Assembly (NCBI GenBank): GCA_041746575.1
Contig: JBGTGT010000074.1
Span: forward strand, 1-34,814
DNA from: Microcystaceae cyanobacterium
GTDB taxonomy: Bacteria; Cyanobacteriota; Cyanobacteriia; Cyanobacteriales; Microcystaceae
Direction: 5' to 3'
DNA length: 34,814 nucleotides
The notes beneath the pieces were generated by a model, which saw only the letters and a list, made by a program, of their open reading frames with translations, had not been told where the DNA came from and did not search any database. Below, one piece after another: positions 1 to 10,358 of this stretch (its first letter is position 1; each line of letters begins with the position of its first letter). The translations under genes and the position numbers were made by a program.

Positions 1-510
1 GCTAATTTATTAGCCAAGGGATATTACACTCTACCTAATAACCAAAAGGCAGTCATTCTACCTGAATTAATCGCTGATCGCGTCTCTGGTAAAACCTTTG
101 TTCAGGATATCGTCTTAACCGTTAATGATTCTTTAATTAACAACAAATTGCCTTATTTAGGAAAACTCAAGGCCACCGATCTCAATCAGGATAAGGTTTG
201 GGAAGTCAATAGTGCCCCCCATGCCGCTTTTGATGCTATCAACGTTGAAAAGAATAGCTCTGTTGTCTTCAGCGTTTTAGGTAATGATAGTGATCTTGAC
301 GGTGATCTGATTGCCTTACAAAACTTCACCAACGTAGAAGATGGCACATTACAACTACTCAATCAACAAACGGGAACGTTTCGCTATACCCCCAAGACCA
401 ACCATGATGGCTACGATTACTTCTACTATACGATCGCTGATCCTAACGGCAGTGGCCGCACCCAAACGGCACGCGTTCAGCTTAAGATTGACACCGTCAA
501 GGGATGGTAG
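1..510 (+). CDS. 3' end of a protein (5' truncated by the window) ending in a bacterial Ig-like/cadherin-like (Big_9, tandem-95 type) domain
   Basis: Frame 1 is open from base 1 to TAG at 508-510. The C-terminus has the APxAxxD...VLGNDSDLDGD...GTF.YTP...GYD.F.YTI.D pattern typical of these repeats. Confidence 0.75.
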   Translation, partial: ANLLAKGYYTLPNNQKAVILPELIADRVSGKTFVQDIVLTVNDSLINNKLPYLGKLKATDLNQDKVWEVNSAPHAAFDAINVEKNSSVVFSVLGNDSDLDGDLIALQNFTNVEDGTLQLLNQQTGTFRYTPKTNHDGYDYFYYTIADPNGSGRTQTARVQLKIDTVKGW

Positions 511-595
511 CGAAAATAGGGTTTAGTGATTGATGACCAAACATTAATCAAAGTCAAGTCACCCGTTAAAATTACATTAGTTTGGGGCTGGATGA

Positions 596-615
596 GGGGC
601 GCAACGTTTGCGCCC
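596..615. repeat. REP-like palindrome copy 1 (GGGGCGCAA-CGT-TTGCGCCC)
   Basis: Perfect 8-bp stem GGGCGCAA/TTGCGCCC with a 3-nt loop, intergenic. Near-identical copies at 21245 and 23543. Confidence 0.6.
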
Positions 616-732
616 GCAACGGTATGATACTAACAATTATCCCACTATTGTTCCGCCAGACGACGAGAAAGCATTTGTTAAAGTAGAAGAAGATGCCCCA
701 CGTTTTGATATTTGCCAACGGGAGAGAAAACC

Positions 733-1080
733 ATGAATGATGACCTTAATCGCCCTTATTCCTTTACCCATGAGGATGCCTCTAGTGAAACCCTCTGGGA
801 GTACGTGCAATCCCTCAGTCCCGAATTAATTAACCAACTTTCTAAACCAGAGTCAGCAGAGGTTTTTCAGGTAATGGAACGAAACATTATCGGACTATTG
901 GGGAATTTGCCGCCTGAACATTTCAATACTAGCATTAACACCAGCCGAGAAAATTTAGGTCGCCTTTTAGCATCTGCGATGGTTAGTGGCTATTTTATCC
1001 GCAATGCTGAACAACGGATGAAATTTGAAAAGGCATTGGATGGGATTCACTCCCTTCCTTCGGATGAAAATCAAACTTGA
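733..1080 (+). CDS. DUF760 family protein
   Basis: LWEYVQSLSPE...FQVMERNIIGLLGNLP...TSRENLGRLLASAMVSGYF matches cyanobacterial DUF760. ATG at 733 follows GGAGAG and is preferred over the TTG at 712. Confidence 0.85.
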   Translation: MNDDLNRPYSFTHEDASSETLWEYVQSLSPELINQLSKPESAEVFQVMERNIIGLLGNLPPEHFNTSINTSRENLGRLLASAMVSGYFIRNAEQRMKFEKALDGIHSLPSDENQT

Positions 1081-1306
1081 TTTTCTCAAAATATAAAGCA
1101 ATAGGAATTCTTTAAAACTATCGTATCGGACTATCTTACAAAATTTCCCTCAAAAATTGCAGAGATATATGATTTCTCATTAAGCTCATCTGGGCAAGAT
1201 AAAGGGGAGGGAGAAGGCCGATCAAGCTAAAATACAAGGAAGAATTTGCTTTGTTAGTCTTAAACCCGTTTTGGCCATTTAAGCATCGCATCTATGGAAA
1301 AACGTT

Positions 1307-2080
1307 ATGAGCATTCTAAGAATTTGGGCAATCGCCGCTAACGGCTTTCGAGAAGTTATCCGAGATCGGATTCTTTATGTAATTGGCTTTTTTGCCGTCC
1401 TTTTAACTCTTGGCTTACGTTTATTACCTGAAATTTCGGTAGGAGCAGACCAAAAGATCTTCTTAGATTTAGGACTGGCTTCTACGGCTTTATTAGGCGC
1501 AATCGTGGCTATTTTCGTCGGAACCAGTCTGATTAACAAAGAAATCGAGAAACGTACTGTTTTAGTGATGATTGCCAAACCAATCAGCCGCACTGAGTTT
1601 ATTGTCGGTAAACATTTAGGACTGGTGAGCGTTTTAGCGGTTATGATCGCCATTATGACGGTGATTTACTTAGCCATGCTCAGTTGGGCGAAAATTGACT
1701 ACTCCCTAACCAGTATCTTAGTTTCTCAGGGGTATTTGCTCTTAGAATTATCTCTTTTGACGGCAGTTACCCTTGTATTTGGCGTATTTACTAGTCCCAT
1801 CTTGGCAACACTTCTCAGTTTTGGAATTTATTTGATGGGACACATCAGTAGTGACTTACTCAAATTAGGTGCTATTACGAAAAATGAAAGTATAGAAACG
1901 CTTACTCGGTCAATATACTTAATTTTACCCAATTTGGAACGGCTAGACCTGAAAAATGAAGCTGTTTATGGGTTACTCCCCTCCCCTACTGAACTGATTA
2001 GCAGTGGACTCTATGCTATCCTTTATACTATTTTGCTGTTGACGCTAGCGATTCTCGTGTTTTCCCGACGACAATTTTAG
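1307..2080 (+). CDS. ABC-2 type transporter permease
   Basis: About six hydrophobic segments. FREVIRDR and EIEKRT...KPISR.EFIVGK.LG motifs. Confidence 0.85.
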   Translation: MSILRIWAIAANGFREVIRDRILYVIGFFAVLLTLGLRLLPEISVGADQKIFLDLGLASTALLGAIVAIFVGTSLINKEIEKRTVLVMIAKPISRTEFIVGKHLGLVSVLAVMIAIMTVIYLAMLSWAKIDYSLTSILVSQGYLLLELSLLTAVTLVFGVFTSPILATLLSFGIYLMGHISSDLLKLGAITKNESIETLTRSIYLILPNLERLDLKNEAVYGLLPSPTELISSGLYAILYTILLLTLAILVFSRRQF

Positions 2081-2229
2081 CCAGCATTTTTTAGCCTATC
2101 TTGATCAGGTTTTTCAATAAATACTTAGAGAAATTGTTTTCAACCGCCTGAAAATAGATAGGATTATAACGAGAGAGAGAGTCGACCCAGCTCAATGCTT
2201 TCGCTTAACCTAGAATCTCTGTCATTGCC

Positions 2230-3936
2230 GTGCCTTTCATCCGATCTCAACAACCGCACAAAATTCGTGATTCTTCTGAAGAAGGAGGTTTTAGGCATTC
2301 TTTAGAAGTTCGTTTGCGATCGCTTGATTTTTTGTTGCGTCAGTCACTAGGGGAGATTTCTTGGGCTATTTGCTATAGTTGGGATGATGCCTCAGAATCT
2401 TGTCACTTTTTGCCGATTACCCTCAGCAATCAGTTTTCTGCTGTCTGTCATCATATTGGACATTTTCGTGATGAGTTAAACAACCCAACCCAACCCATTT
2501 GCTTAGAATCCCATCATTCCCTGTTAACCCCTCAAATTGAACAATTATTGCAAGATTATTCTCTGTCTTCTCTGCTACTGATGCCGTTGGTTGATCTAGA
2601 GCGAGAAGAATGTTTGGGGAAAATGTATTTAGGAAAGCCACGAAATTTAGGCACTTGGCACTCCGAAGAATTAGAATTAATCAAAGCCATCGCTCAACAA
2701 GTGGTTATCATTCTTCAAGAACAACAATTACGTCAAGCTCAAGGGGAACAGCAACAGAAAGAACAACTGATTCAAAACCTTTATTATGCCTTTGAAACAG
2801 TTAATTCAGGGGTTGATTTTTGGGCGCAAAGTCTATCTCAAATTGGACGATACTTCCAAGTTGAGCAGGTGGTTTTCCTCCGTTTCGGCTTAGATAGTCA
2901 GGTTCAAGTGGGACAGGAATGGCGACGAAATGTTAATATTCCCCTTTGGCATACGATTAATTCACTTAATTTTATGCCCCAAAATGAAAGGAAGAAACCA
3001 AAAAATTCTGGACTGCGAGCGGTTGCGCCAGACAGTTGTCTTCAACCTTGTGCTATTGTCAGCATTTTCTTAAAATCGAGAGAAACCGAGTTAGGTCGTT
3101 TAATTGTGCAAAGTTATGACCCTCAACGCTCCTTTTCTCTCCCAGAACTTCATTTTATGGAAGAGTTGGGTAGTTATCTGACTATTTGGGGAATGTATCG
3201 CTTATTTGACCAAGAATTGGCTAATTTGTCCCATAAAAATCGCCTCAAAGGAGAATTTCTTTCCTATATGACTCATGAACTCCGCACGCCTTTAACGGGA
3301 ATTTTAGGATTTGCGCGGATGTTAGATAAGCAATTATACGGTGAACTAAACGATAAACAAAGAGAATATGTCAGAGGAATTGCAACGTCAGGTGAACACT
3401 TACTCTCTTTAGTGAATGATTTTTTAGATTTTTCTAAATTAGAAACAAAAGGGGAAGAATTACTGCTAGAACCGATGGTAGTAGAAGAACTCTGTCAGGC
3501 GACTTTTTCGATGGTGCAATCGAAGGCAACTGAATTAGAATTGGGTTTGAATTTAGAGATTGAAGACACGGTCGGCATTTTTGTGGCAGATCAGCGCAGA
3601 ATTAAACAAATTTTACTTAATTTAATCTCTAATGCTCTCAAATTCACGGAAAAAGGGTCAGTGACGCTACGGGTTACCCAAGAACACCACACTCTCCTTT
3701 TTTCGGTGATTGATACAGGAATTGGCATTAAACCAGAAGATCAAGCTAAATTATTTGAACCGTTTGAGCAAATCAAGAACATCTTACAACAAAAGCACAG
3801 AGGAACAGGACTGGGACTGGCGATCGCTCGACAACTGGCGCAATTGCATGGCGGTGATTTAACGTGTACCTCTGAAGTGGGTAAAGGAAGTTGCTTTCAA
3901 CTCATCTTGCCCCAGAAACCCCTAGAAAGATCCTAA
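2230..3936 (+). CDS. Sensor histidine kinase with degenerate GAF-like N-terminal region (orphan)
   Basis: Intact H-box MTHELRTPL (His349), N-box NLISNALKFT, G1 DTGIGI, F-box LFEPF, G2 GTGLGL. GAF-like tails (WHSEELELIKAIAQQV; FSLPELHFMEEL). Start codon uncertain. Confidence 0.9.
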   Translation: MPFIRSQQPHKIRDSSEEGGFRHSLEVRLRSLDFLLRQSLGEISWAICYSWDDASESCHFLPITLSNQFSAVCHHIGHFRDELNNPTQPICLESHHSLLTPQIEQLLQDYSLSSLLLMPLVDLEREECLGKMYLGKPRNLGTWHSEELELIKAIAQQVVIILQEQQLRQAQGEQQQKEQLIQNLYYAFETVNSGVDFWAQSLSQIGRYFQVEQVVFLRFGLDSQVQVGQEWRRNVNIPLWHTINSLNFMPQNERKKPKNSGLRAVAPDSCLQPCAIVSIFLKSRETELGRLIVQSYDPQRSFSLPELHFMEELGSYLTIWGMYRLFDQELANLSHKNRLKGEFLSYMTHELRTPLTGILGFARMLDKQLYGELNDKQREYVRGIATSGEHLLSLVNDFLDFSKLETKGEELLLEPMVVEELCQATFSMVQSKATELELGLNLEIEDTVGIFVADQRRIKQILLNLISNALKFTEKGSVTLRVTQEHHTLLFSVIDTGIGIKPEDQAKLFEPFEQIKNILQQKHRGTGLGLAIARQLAQLHGGDLTCTSEVGKGSCFQLILPQKPLERS

Positions 3937-4047
3937 AAAAAAGAATCGGGCTAATAAATCTTAACTGGGTCAAAAGAATCCAGAAAAATGTCCCAATTCA
4001 GCGTCGAAATGCTTATAAAAAGTCTTCACAGCTCAAAGAATAGGTTT

Positions 4048-6840
4048 TTAACGGGCGGCCGTCGCAGGTTGTCTTTCTCGAAGAATTTTGCGTTCCCCGT
4101 ACACCAGTAACTTCTCCAACGTCGCTAGACGATTTTCCCACACTTGGACTTGATAAGGATGGTTTTCCTGCTGCTGGGTCATCCATGTGCCAAATTGACC
4201 TCTAAATTGATTTAATGTGCCTCTTGCCTTAGTCAAATTCTGCTGAGATGGATTTTCTACCAATTGCGCTAAGACCTCCCCTAACTGATCCGATTGTTTC
4301 GCCCACGTTTGCAGAGCGGTCGGATTCATTTTTAATTGATTTTGACTTAAAAGAAACCGCCATTCCCCTTGTAATGCCTTATAACGTTCATTGGACGCTT
4401 TAAACGGCTGACGATAGGGCAATGGGAGCTGTTGCGTTGTTTTTTGCGTTCCTTGCATTCGTCCTAAAATCGTCTGTAAGGTCGGGGTCAAATTTTCTGC
4501 TGCAAATAAAGCGTACCCCCCCGTCGGCATATTACGCAACAATTGTAACTGATCCACTGTTACCGAATCCGGTACTTTTAATAATCGTAACCCCGGAATC
4601 ACTAAAGTGGACTTTAAGACTGATGGATCAAATAAAGGAGCGGTACGCTCTTCTAAACTGCCCGTATCCAGTGCATAGGTCATCAAAACCACCATATCAA
4701 TCCATTCTTGACTCATCCACTCTTCCCAATTTTGTTGAAGGCGGAATAAGCGATCTTGACGTTCCATGGGAAAAACCGCCGTTGAGATCATTAAATCGGG
4801 TCGTTTTTGCTTTAATTGAGCCGAAACCGTCGCCACAAAGCTATCTACTTGTCGGACTCGAAAACCGACCCAAGATGACCATAACGGATGAACAGGGGTA
4901 ATTTCAATCGGATCGACTCCATAAATATCCTCAAACAGCTTGCGAGAGACGGCACTAAAACCATAGGTTTGATCGTGCTTAGCATCTTGAAATGGATAAC
5001 GAATATAATCCAACTGCAAGCCATCTACATCATAATTGGTGACAATTTCCTCAAAAAGTGCCAATAAATACTGCCGAACTTGAGCATTCGCCGGATCATA
5101 AAAAGCTTTTTTAAATTGCGCTCCTTGATCAAAAGCATTGCCAGCTCTATCTGTAATGCCCCAATCGGGATATCGACTTAAAACTGGACCTAAATAGTCT
5201 TTCGACTGGTCTAACACCTTATTATGTCCCTGATTTGCCGCCGCAAACGTCCAAACCCAAGCGTGAATTTCCATACCCCGTTCATGGGCTAATTTGACCG
5301 CCGCTTTCAAAGGATCCCATCCTTGGGTTAAGGGGTTTTGTTCGGGGGCAATTTTACTGGGATAAATCGGGTAACTGGCGTTAAGGGTTTCAAAAAATAC
5401 CGTATTGATTCCTGCTTCCGCCATACGGTCAAAAATAACGGCTAATTCTGTTTCTGATTTTGTTTTGACGATTGTTCCTCGATCCAACCACATAGCACGG
5501 ACTTCAGGCTGAGCAAAGGTCTGATCCGTTGGATAATGATCCCATAATAACCGCCGTGCCTTTAACCATTTCTCACGAGCTTGGGTGTAATTTCGTTGTT
5601 CGACCAATTCCTGAAACTGTGCAAGACTTTCTCGCGCATTTTGTAGGGTTTCGTAGGCACGACGGGCATGGGGACTGAGGGCAAGGGTCGTAGTACTCTT
5701 ACCAGACGAAGAGACCAACGATTGATTGAGCGTCTCAGGAATCGGTCCATTTTCAGTATTTTGGGTGGCTTCTGCAGAAATTAAAGTGCTTTCAAACCGC
5801 GCAATTAAACTGGCTAATTCATCCCGCATTGCCGTCACCTGTTGCGGAGCGATCGCCGCAGGAGAGGTAATCCCTAATTCTAAACCCGGCTCAGGACGAT
5901 TGGTCAATAAAACCTCAGTATTGTATTGAGAACGGGGATCGGTGGCGGGTGGCGCGGGGGGAGGACTTTGATAATTAAGCGGAAGTGGGGGAGTCGGCGG
6001 TAAACTGGGGGGTAGATTTTGGGGTTGAGGAACGACAGGCGATTCGATGGGGGTGGCAAAGGAAGGAACAAGGGGAATGGGAGCGGTGGGAGCTTGAAAA
6101 CCTGAAGGACAAGCAGGGGCTTGACCAGTAAACACAGATTGGGTTGCGCGCACCCCAAAACGACTCAAAGCGGTTTGTAACCAAGCAATATCAAGGGAGG
6201 CTGAGGTTACTTCATCAAGACCCCAACGCCAGCCAAAAAAGGTGGCTTGATCATTCATCACTACTGCTGGAGGCGTTCCATCGGTCACCCAAACGGCGGC
6301 GGTGCGACTATTGAGTCCTGTTGGAATAAGAACTCCCCCGACAAGGGTACTGGAAAGGTTGGTGCGGGTGGCAATGGCCGGAGAAGCCATCAATTTTAAA
6401 GTTGAAGGAGTAGAATTAGGAAACGCCCAATAAGCCCCAAATAAGGACTTTAACTGCCTCTTTACATCTGGTTGGGCTAAACTTCCTGTCGGACCCGTCA
6501 CAATGACCTTTCCTCCCCGTTGCATCCACTGTTCTAAAGCGATTGCCTGGGCCCCGGTGATGCTGGCCACATTCGGCAAAATCAACACTTGAACTTGCCC
6601 AATATCGTCAATTTCTTCCCAATTTTTTGAGTCAATAATACAGTAATCAACGCCCGACAATTGCAGACGGTTGGTGATTGATCGCCATTGAGGCGTATTT
6701 TCTTGGCTTTTGATCACCCCTACCGGACGGCCTAACGCATGAGCAGGAAGACGATGGGTTAATGGAATCAGACAAGAGATTAAGGTTATCAGGATTCTAG
6801 CCGATGGCATGAATCGCGTCACAGTTGTTTTCCTCACCAC
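4048..6840 (-). CDS. Glycosyl hydrolase-like 10 (GHL10/DUF187, DigH/YddW-like) protein with N-terminal extension and Pro-rich linker
   Basis: EVRAMWLD, GINTVFFET, AHERGMEIHAW, YDVDGLQLDYIRYP. Hydrophobic N-terminus suggests export. AAGGAG lies upstream of the GTG start. Confidence 0.85.
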   Translation of the reverse strand: MVRKTTVTRFMPSARILITLISCLIPLTHRLPAHALGRPVGVIKSQENTPQWRSITNRLQLSGVDYCIIDSKNWEEIDDIGQVQVLILPNVASITGAQAIALEQWMQRGGKVIVTGPTGSLAQPDVKRQLKSLFGAYWAFPNSTPSTLKLMASPAIATRTNLSSTLVGGVLIPTGLNSRTAAVWVTDGTPPAVVMNDQATFFGWRWGLDEVTSASLDIAWLQTALSRFGVRATQSVFTGQAPACPSGFQAPTAPIPLVPSFATPIESPVVPQPQNLPPSLPPTPPLPLNYQSPPPAPPATDPRSQYNTEVLLTNRPEPGLELGITSPAAIAPQQVTAMRDELASLIARFESTLISAEATQNTENGPIPETLNQSLVSSSGKSTTTLALSPHARRAYETLQNARESLAQFQELVEQRNYTQAREKWLKARRLLWDHYPTDQTFAQPEVRAMWLDRGTIVKTKSETELAVIFDRMAEAGINTVFFETLNASYPIYPSKIAPEQNPLTQGWDPLKAAVKLAHERGMEIHAWVWTFAAANQGHNKVLDQSKDYLGPVLSRYPDWGITDRAGNAFDQGAQFKKAFYDPANAQVRQYLLALFEEIVTNYDVDGLQLDYIRYPFQDAKHDQTYGFSAVSRKLFEDIYGVDPIEITPVHPLWSSWVGFRVRQVDSFVATVSAQLKQKRPDLMISTAVFPMERQDRLFRLQQNWEEWMSQEWIDMVVLMTYALDTGSLEERTAPLFDPSVLKSTLVIPGLRLLKVPDSVTVDQLQLLRNMPTGGYALFAAENLTPTLQTILGRMQGTQKTTQQLPLPYRQPFKASNERYKALQGEWRFLLSQNQLKMNPTALQTWAKQSDQLGEVLAQLVENPSQQNLTKARGTLNQFRGQFGTWMTQQQENHPYQVQVWENRLATLEKLLVYGERKILRERQPATAAR

Positions 6841-6936
6841 AACACTCCTTATAATGCGTTATTAGATTCTGCCGAATGGATGACGAATAAGTAAATATAA
6901 ATATTAAACAATAGCTTCATCCATTTTGACAAATTG

Positions 6937-9813
6937 TTAAATGGGAAATCGCTTCATTTGAGCGATCGCTTCCGTAGCACTTTGGCGCAATTGGGTGGAA
7001 ATTCCCGAAATTTGCGGTATTTGCCATAAAACATCGATGGTTCGTCGAAGCAAGCGCACAATATCCCCGTCGTCTAAGCTGGTATTCTCCAATAAATCAT
7101 ACCAGTCAATGCCCAATACCCATTGCTCTACGAGGCCGATACATTGCATTTCTAACCAGACGGGAATAAGGAGGGCGTAGCGTTTCTGACATTGAATCAA
7201 CAAACGGCGGATTTCTTTTAAACTCTCTTGAGGAGGCAAACTTAAATCAAGCACTTGACTCAATTCTGGGGAAGCAGAAAAGGATACCCAAGTATCAGAG
7301 CGTAAAGGCTCAGTAATTAAAGCACTCACGAGTCCCGCTAACTGATGAGGCTTCAAAGAGTCTAAATAACCTGAAATGAATACTAAGCCCAGCCATAATT
7401 CGTTTTCGGAACGAATCGTAGCGGCCGCCTTGCCTAAGTCGGTGGGATGATAGCCCTCTAAGGCATTAAAGTGTTGAAGTACCCCAATGACATTGAGAAA
7501 TTCTTCCCAATAATAGGATTTCCGCGATTGGAGTTTTTGAAAACTCATCTGACGTTTTTTTAATTCTTCTCTTAAATTCTGTCTTTTATCATATAACTTG
7601 AGAAATTTCTGCGGATTTTTCCTTTTGCCTAACGGATGTTCCCCTAATTGGCTTTTAACGTCTTCGATGCGTTGTTGCTGTTGTTCAATTTCGGGAGGAA
7701 GCGTAACCGTTTCTTGAGTAGCGTTCAACGTCTGACTGATCTCGAGCGTTGTCTCATCTCCCTTTACTCTTTTGCCCAATGTCAGGATATCTGCAGTCGG
7801 GATAGGCAAGGTTTCTACCCTTGCAGGGGCAAGAAAATGAGGATTGAGGTCAGTTATCTCTTTATAACTCACACGATACCAATAATTATCCGATCCTAGC
7901 CCCAATATATCTGGAAATTGCCCTGAGCCTGTCATATAAGCGACAAAAACGACTTTGATTGGCTCTCTCACTTGGAGAGTTTTTCCTTTCAGATAGAGTA
8001 ATGCTCCGGGAGACAAATTCAATAAACTGGGAAAAATTTCTTTTTTTCGACTCTCCTCTGCCTGTTGCCACAATATCTTGAGTAAACGCTTTTCTTCTCT
8101 TAAACGATTGTTTAATTTTATATATAACTTCACAGTAGAGTCGTCAATCCCTGCTAACTCCATATCCAATTGAGCTGTTTGTCTCGTTAAATCAAAAATC
8201 GCCTCTCTTTCAGGTTCAAGCTTTAATTGTGCCAAATATTCCGCAAAACTACATTCCAATAAGGCTTTAACTTCCTCTAAACTGTGTTTTTGGAGGAGAT
8301 TCAAAGCCATACCGTAGGAAGGCGTAAAGCAACTTCTGAGGGGTTCAGGTTGTGCAGTAGCGAGATAGGCCGCTTCTTTTGCCCCTTCAAAGGGGGTTTC
8401 CACCGTTACTACATAACCTACGCTATCTAACCCCCGTCTGCCTGCGCGTCCTGCCATTTGCAGAAATTCTGAAGGCGTGAGAAGGGTATGGCCTTTTTCG
8501 GTTCGTCGTTTTAGAGATGAAATCACCGTCGTTCGAGCAGGCATATTTATTCCCGCCGCTAAGGTTGCAGTGGCGAAAACGACTTTAATTAAGCCTTCTT
8601 CAAACAGTTGTTCAATAAAATGCTTCCAAACGGGCAAAATTCCCGCATGATGTGAGGCAATACCGCGCGTAATCGGCTCAATTTGATTGAAGTAAATACA
8701 TCCTGAACCATAAGCCAAATGATTTAAAATCTCCTGTCGGAAGTCCACATCTGTATATAAACAGTGCAGAAAGTTGTCGGTGGCGGGAGCTTCTGGGTGG
8801 AGAAAGCCCTTTAACGCTTCGGTATGATGAGGGTATGCTTTTTGACAGAAGTCTTGCAAGTCTTTTTGAAAGTCAGTGTTTTCTGCAAGGAAGAAGCTTA
8901 AAACATAATAATATATCTTCTTTGCTTCCCTTTCATCTACTAAAGAAAGGTGTCCCAACTTGCCTACGGCTTGATCACACCCTCGCCGACTTAGGATAAC
9001 ATAAATGGCAGGTAATAAATCTCTCTCTCGTAACTGTTCAACGGTTAAAGCAATTGTGGGGCAATCTTGACGGCGAATATTTGTTTTTTTGCCTTTTTTC
9101 GGCAGTAAGTTAGGGTTGATTCCCGTTTGTTTGCCATTAAGCAGGGGAAATAATCCTTTTTTTTGGCTGTAGTAAAATTGCAAAGGAACAGGACGAAAAT
9201 CTGAGTTGATTAGCTCACAATGCTTTTTTTGGCCTTTTTTTTCTCGAATAACGTTAATCCAGTCCGTTAACTGTTCAGGATTGCCAATGGTTGCACTCAA
9301 AGCTACCAGTTGAATCGTTGGAGGGCAATAAATAATCGACTCCTCCCACACCGTTCCTCTGTCTTGATCGCTGATATAATGGCATTCGTCAAGAACAACG
9401 GTTTCTACCGACTCCAGAGAGGTTCCCACTTCCCCTATCGGCGTTTCGTACAGCATATTGCGAAAAATCTCCGTGGTCATCACCACAATAGCGGCATCGG
9501 GGTGTTCTACCCTATCTCCAGTGATTAAACCAACGGTTGCTTGGGGAATCCCTGACCATTTTTCTTGAAAATCTCGGTATTTCTGATTAGAAAGGGCTTT
9601 TAGAGGGGTTGTGTAAAAGATTCGCTTCCCACTTTGCAGGGCGCGATGTACCGCATACTCTGCGATCACGGTTTTTCCTGAGCCTGTGGGCGCACAAACA
9701 ACCACAGATTTTCCCCGAGTCAGAGCGGCGATCGCTTCTTGTTGAAACGGATCGAGGGCAAAGGGAAATAAATTTGCCAAATCAGGGAGAGGTGCAAAAG
9801 AGAACTGAGTCAC
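6937..9813 (-). CDS. Ski2-like DEAD/DEAH-box RNA helicase (HelY-like, DSHCT C-terminus)
   Basis: APTGSGKT, TTPLKALSNQK, DECH, LSAT, HHAG, LAAGINMPA, QMAGRAGRRG and C-terminal DGDIVR. Confidence 0.92.
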   Translation of the reverse strand: MTQFSFAPLPDLANLFPFALDPFQQEAIAALTRGKSVVVCAPTGSGKTVIAEYAVHRALQSGKRIFYTTPLKALSNQKYRDFQEKWSGIPQATVGLITGDRVEHPDAAIVVMTTEIFRNMLYETPIGEVGTSLESVETVVLDECHYISDQDRGTVWEESIIYCPPTIQLVALSATIGNPEQLTDWINVIREKKGQKKHCELINSDFRPVPLQFYYSQKKGLFPLLNGKQTGINPNLLPKKGKKTNIRRQDCPTIALTVEQLRERDLLPAIYVILSRRGCDQAVGKLGHLSLVDEREAKKIYYYVLSFFLAENTDFQKDLQDFCQKAYPHHTEALKGFLHPEAPATDNFLHCLYTDVDFRQEILNHLAYGSGCIYFNQIEPITRGIASHHAGILPVWKHFIEQLFEEGLIKVVFATATLAAGINMPARTTVISSLKRRTEKGHTLLTPSEFLQMAGRAGRRGLDSVGYVVTVETPFEGAKEAAYLATAQPEPLRSCFTPSYGMALNLLQKHSLEEVKALLECSFAEYLAQLKLEPEREAIFDLTRQTAQLDMELAGIDDSTVKLYIKLNNRLREEKRLLKILWQQAEESRKKEIFPSLLNLSPGALLYLKGKTLQVREPIKVVFVAYMTGSGQFPDILGLGSDNYWYRVSYKEITDLNPHFLAPARVETLPIPTADILTLGKRVKGDETTLEISQTLNATQETVTLPPEIEQQQQRIEDVKSQLGEHPLGKRKNPQKFLKLYDKRQNLREELKKRQMSFQKLQSRKSYYWEEFLNVIGVLQHFNALEGYHPTDLGKAAATIRSENELWLGLVFISGYLDSLKPHQLAGLVSALITEPLRSDTWVSFSASPELSQVLDLSLPPQESLKEIRRLLIQCQKRYALLIPVWLEMQCIGLVEQWVLGIDWYDLLENTSLDDGDIVRLLRRTIDVLWQIPQISGISTQLRQSATEAIAQMKRFPI

Positions 9814-9876
9814 GCATCTATTCGTCGGTAGATTACTATCACTTTAACACGCACCTAAGGACTTTTAACGTTTAGC

Positions 9877-10098
9877 TTAGTCTTCATCGTCCCAAGATTC
9901 AACGACTAAGACGGCACTAATGGGATCTTGCATGGTAAAGCCAAAGTCTGTTAGTTCTTTTTTCCAGAATTCCCACTCTTTTCCAAATAGAAAAGCAATT
10001 TTCCAAAGGCGATCGCTGGGTTTAATGACTTCAGATTCGACTAATGAAGCCACTTTGCGTTGAAACTTCACCATAGGCTGTGCAAGTTGGTTGGTCAT
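9877..10098 (-). CDS. DUF4327 family small cyanobacterial protein
   Basis: PMVKFQRKVASLV...KPSD.LWKIAFLFG..W..WK.EL..F.FTMQDPI...L.VE.WDDE. Confidence 0.8.
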   Translation of the reverse strand: MTNQLAQPMVKFQRKVASLVESEVIKPSDRLWKIAFLFGKEWEFWKKELTDFGFTMQDPISAVLVVESWDDED

Positions 10099-10358
10099 AA
10101 ATGCAAGGTTTCGTTGTTAATTTTATAAAGACTAAATCAACCGTTTGCTGCTTCCTGCTGAATTGGATCAATCTACAAAGGTTGAGTGAAGATAAAAGAA
10201 CGATGGTTTTCTGGAAGCGAGTTGATTCCTTTCTATTCTTACTTGATCTTTCTCTTTTTTGCAATAGAAAAATTACGGATGTACGGGAATTACTACTTCA
10301 TCAGGGGCTAGGAGGCAGGCGAGGAGTCTTCTAGCCCATCTAAAGGCATACGCCTTTC

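Noticed and set aside
4422..4901. 159-aa + strand ORF
   Set aside because: Lies wholly antisense to the GHL10 gene and has no recognisable motifs; shadow ORF.
10031..10334. Two 77-aa ORFs between DUF4327 and argB
   Set aside because: Mutually antisense, no RBS or family signal; probably promoter/UTR sequence.
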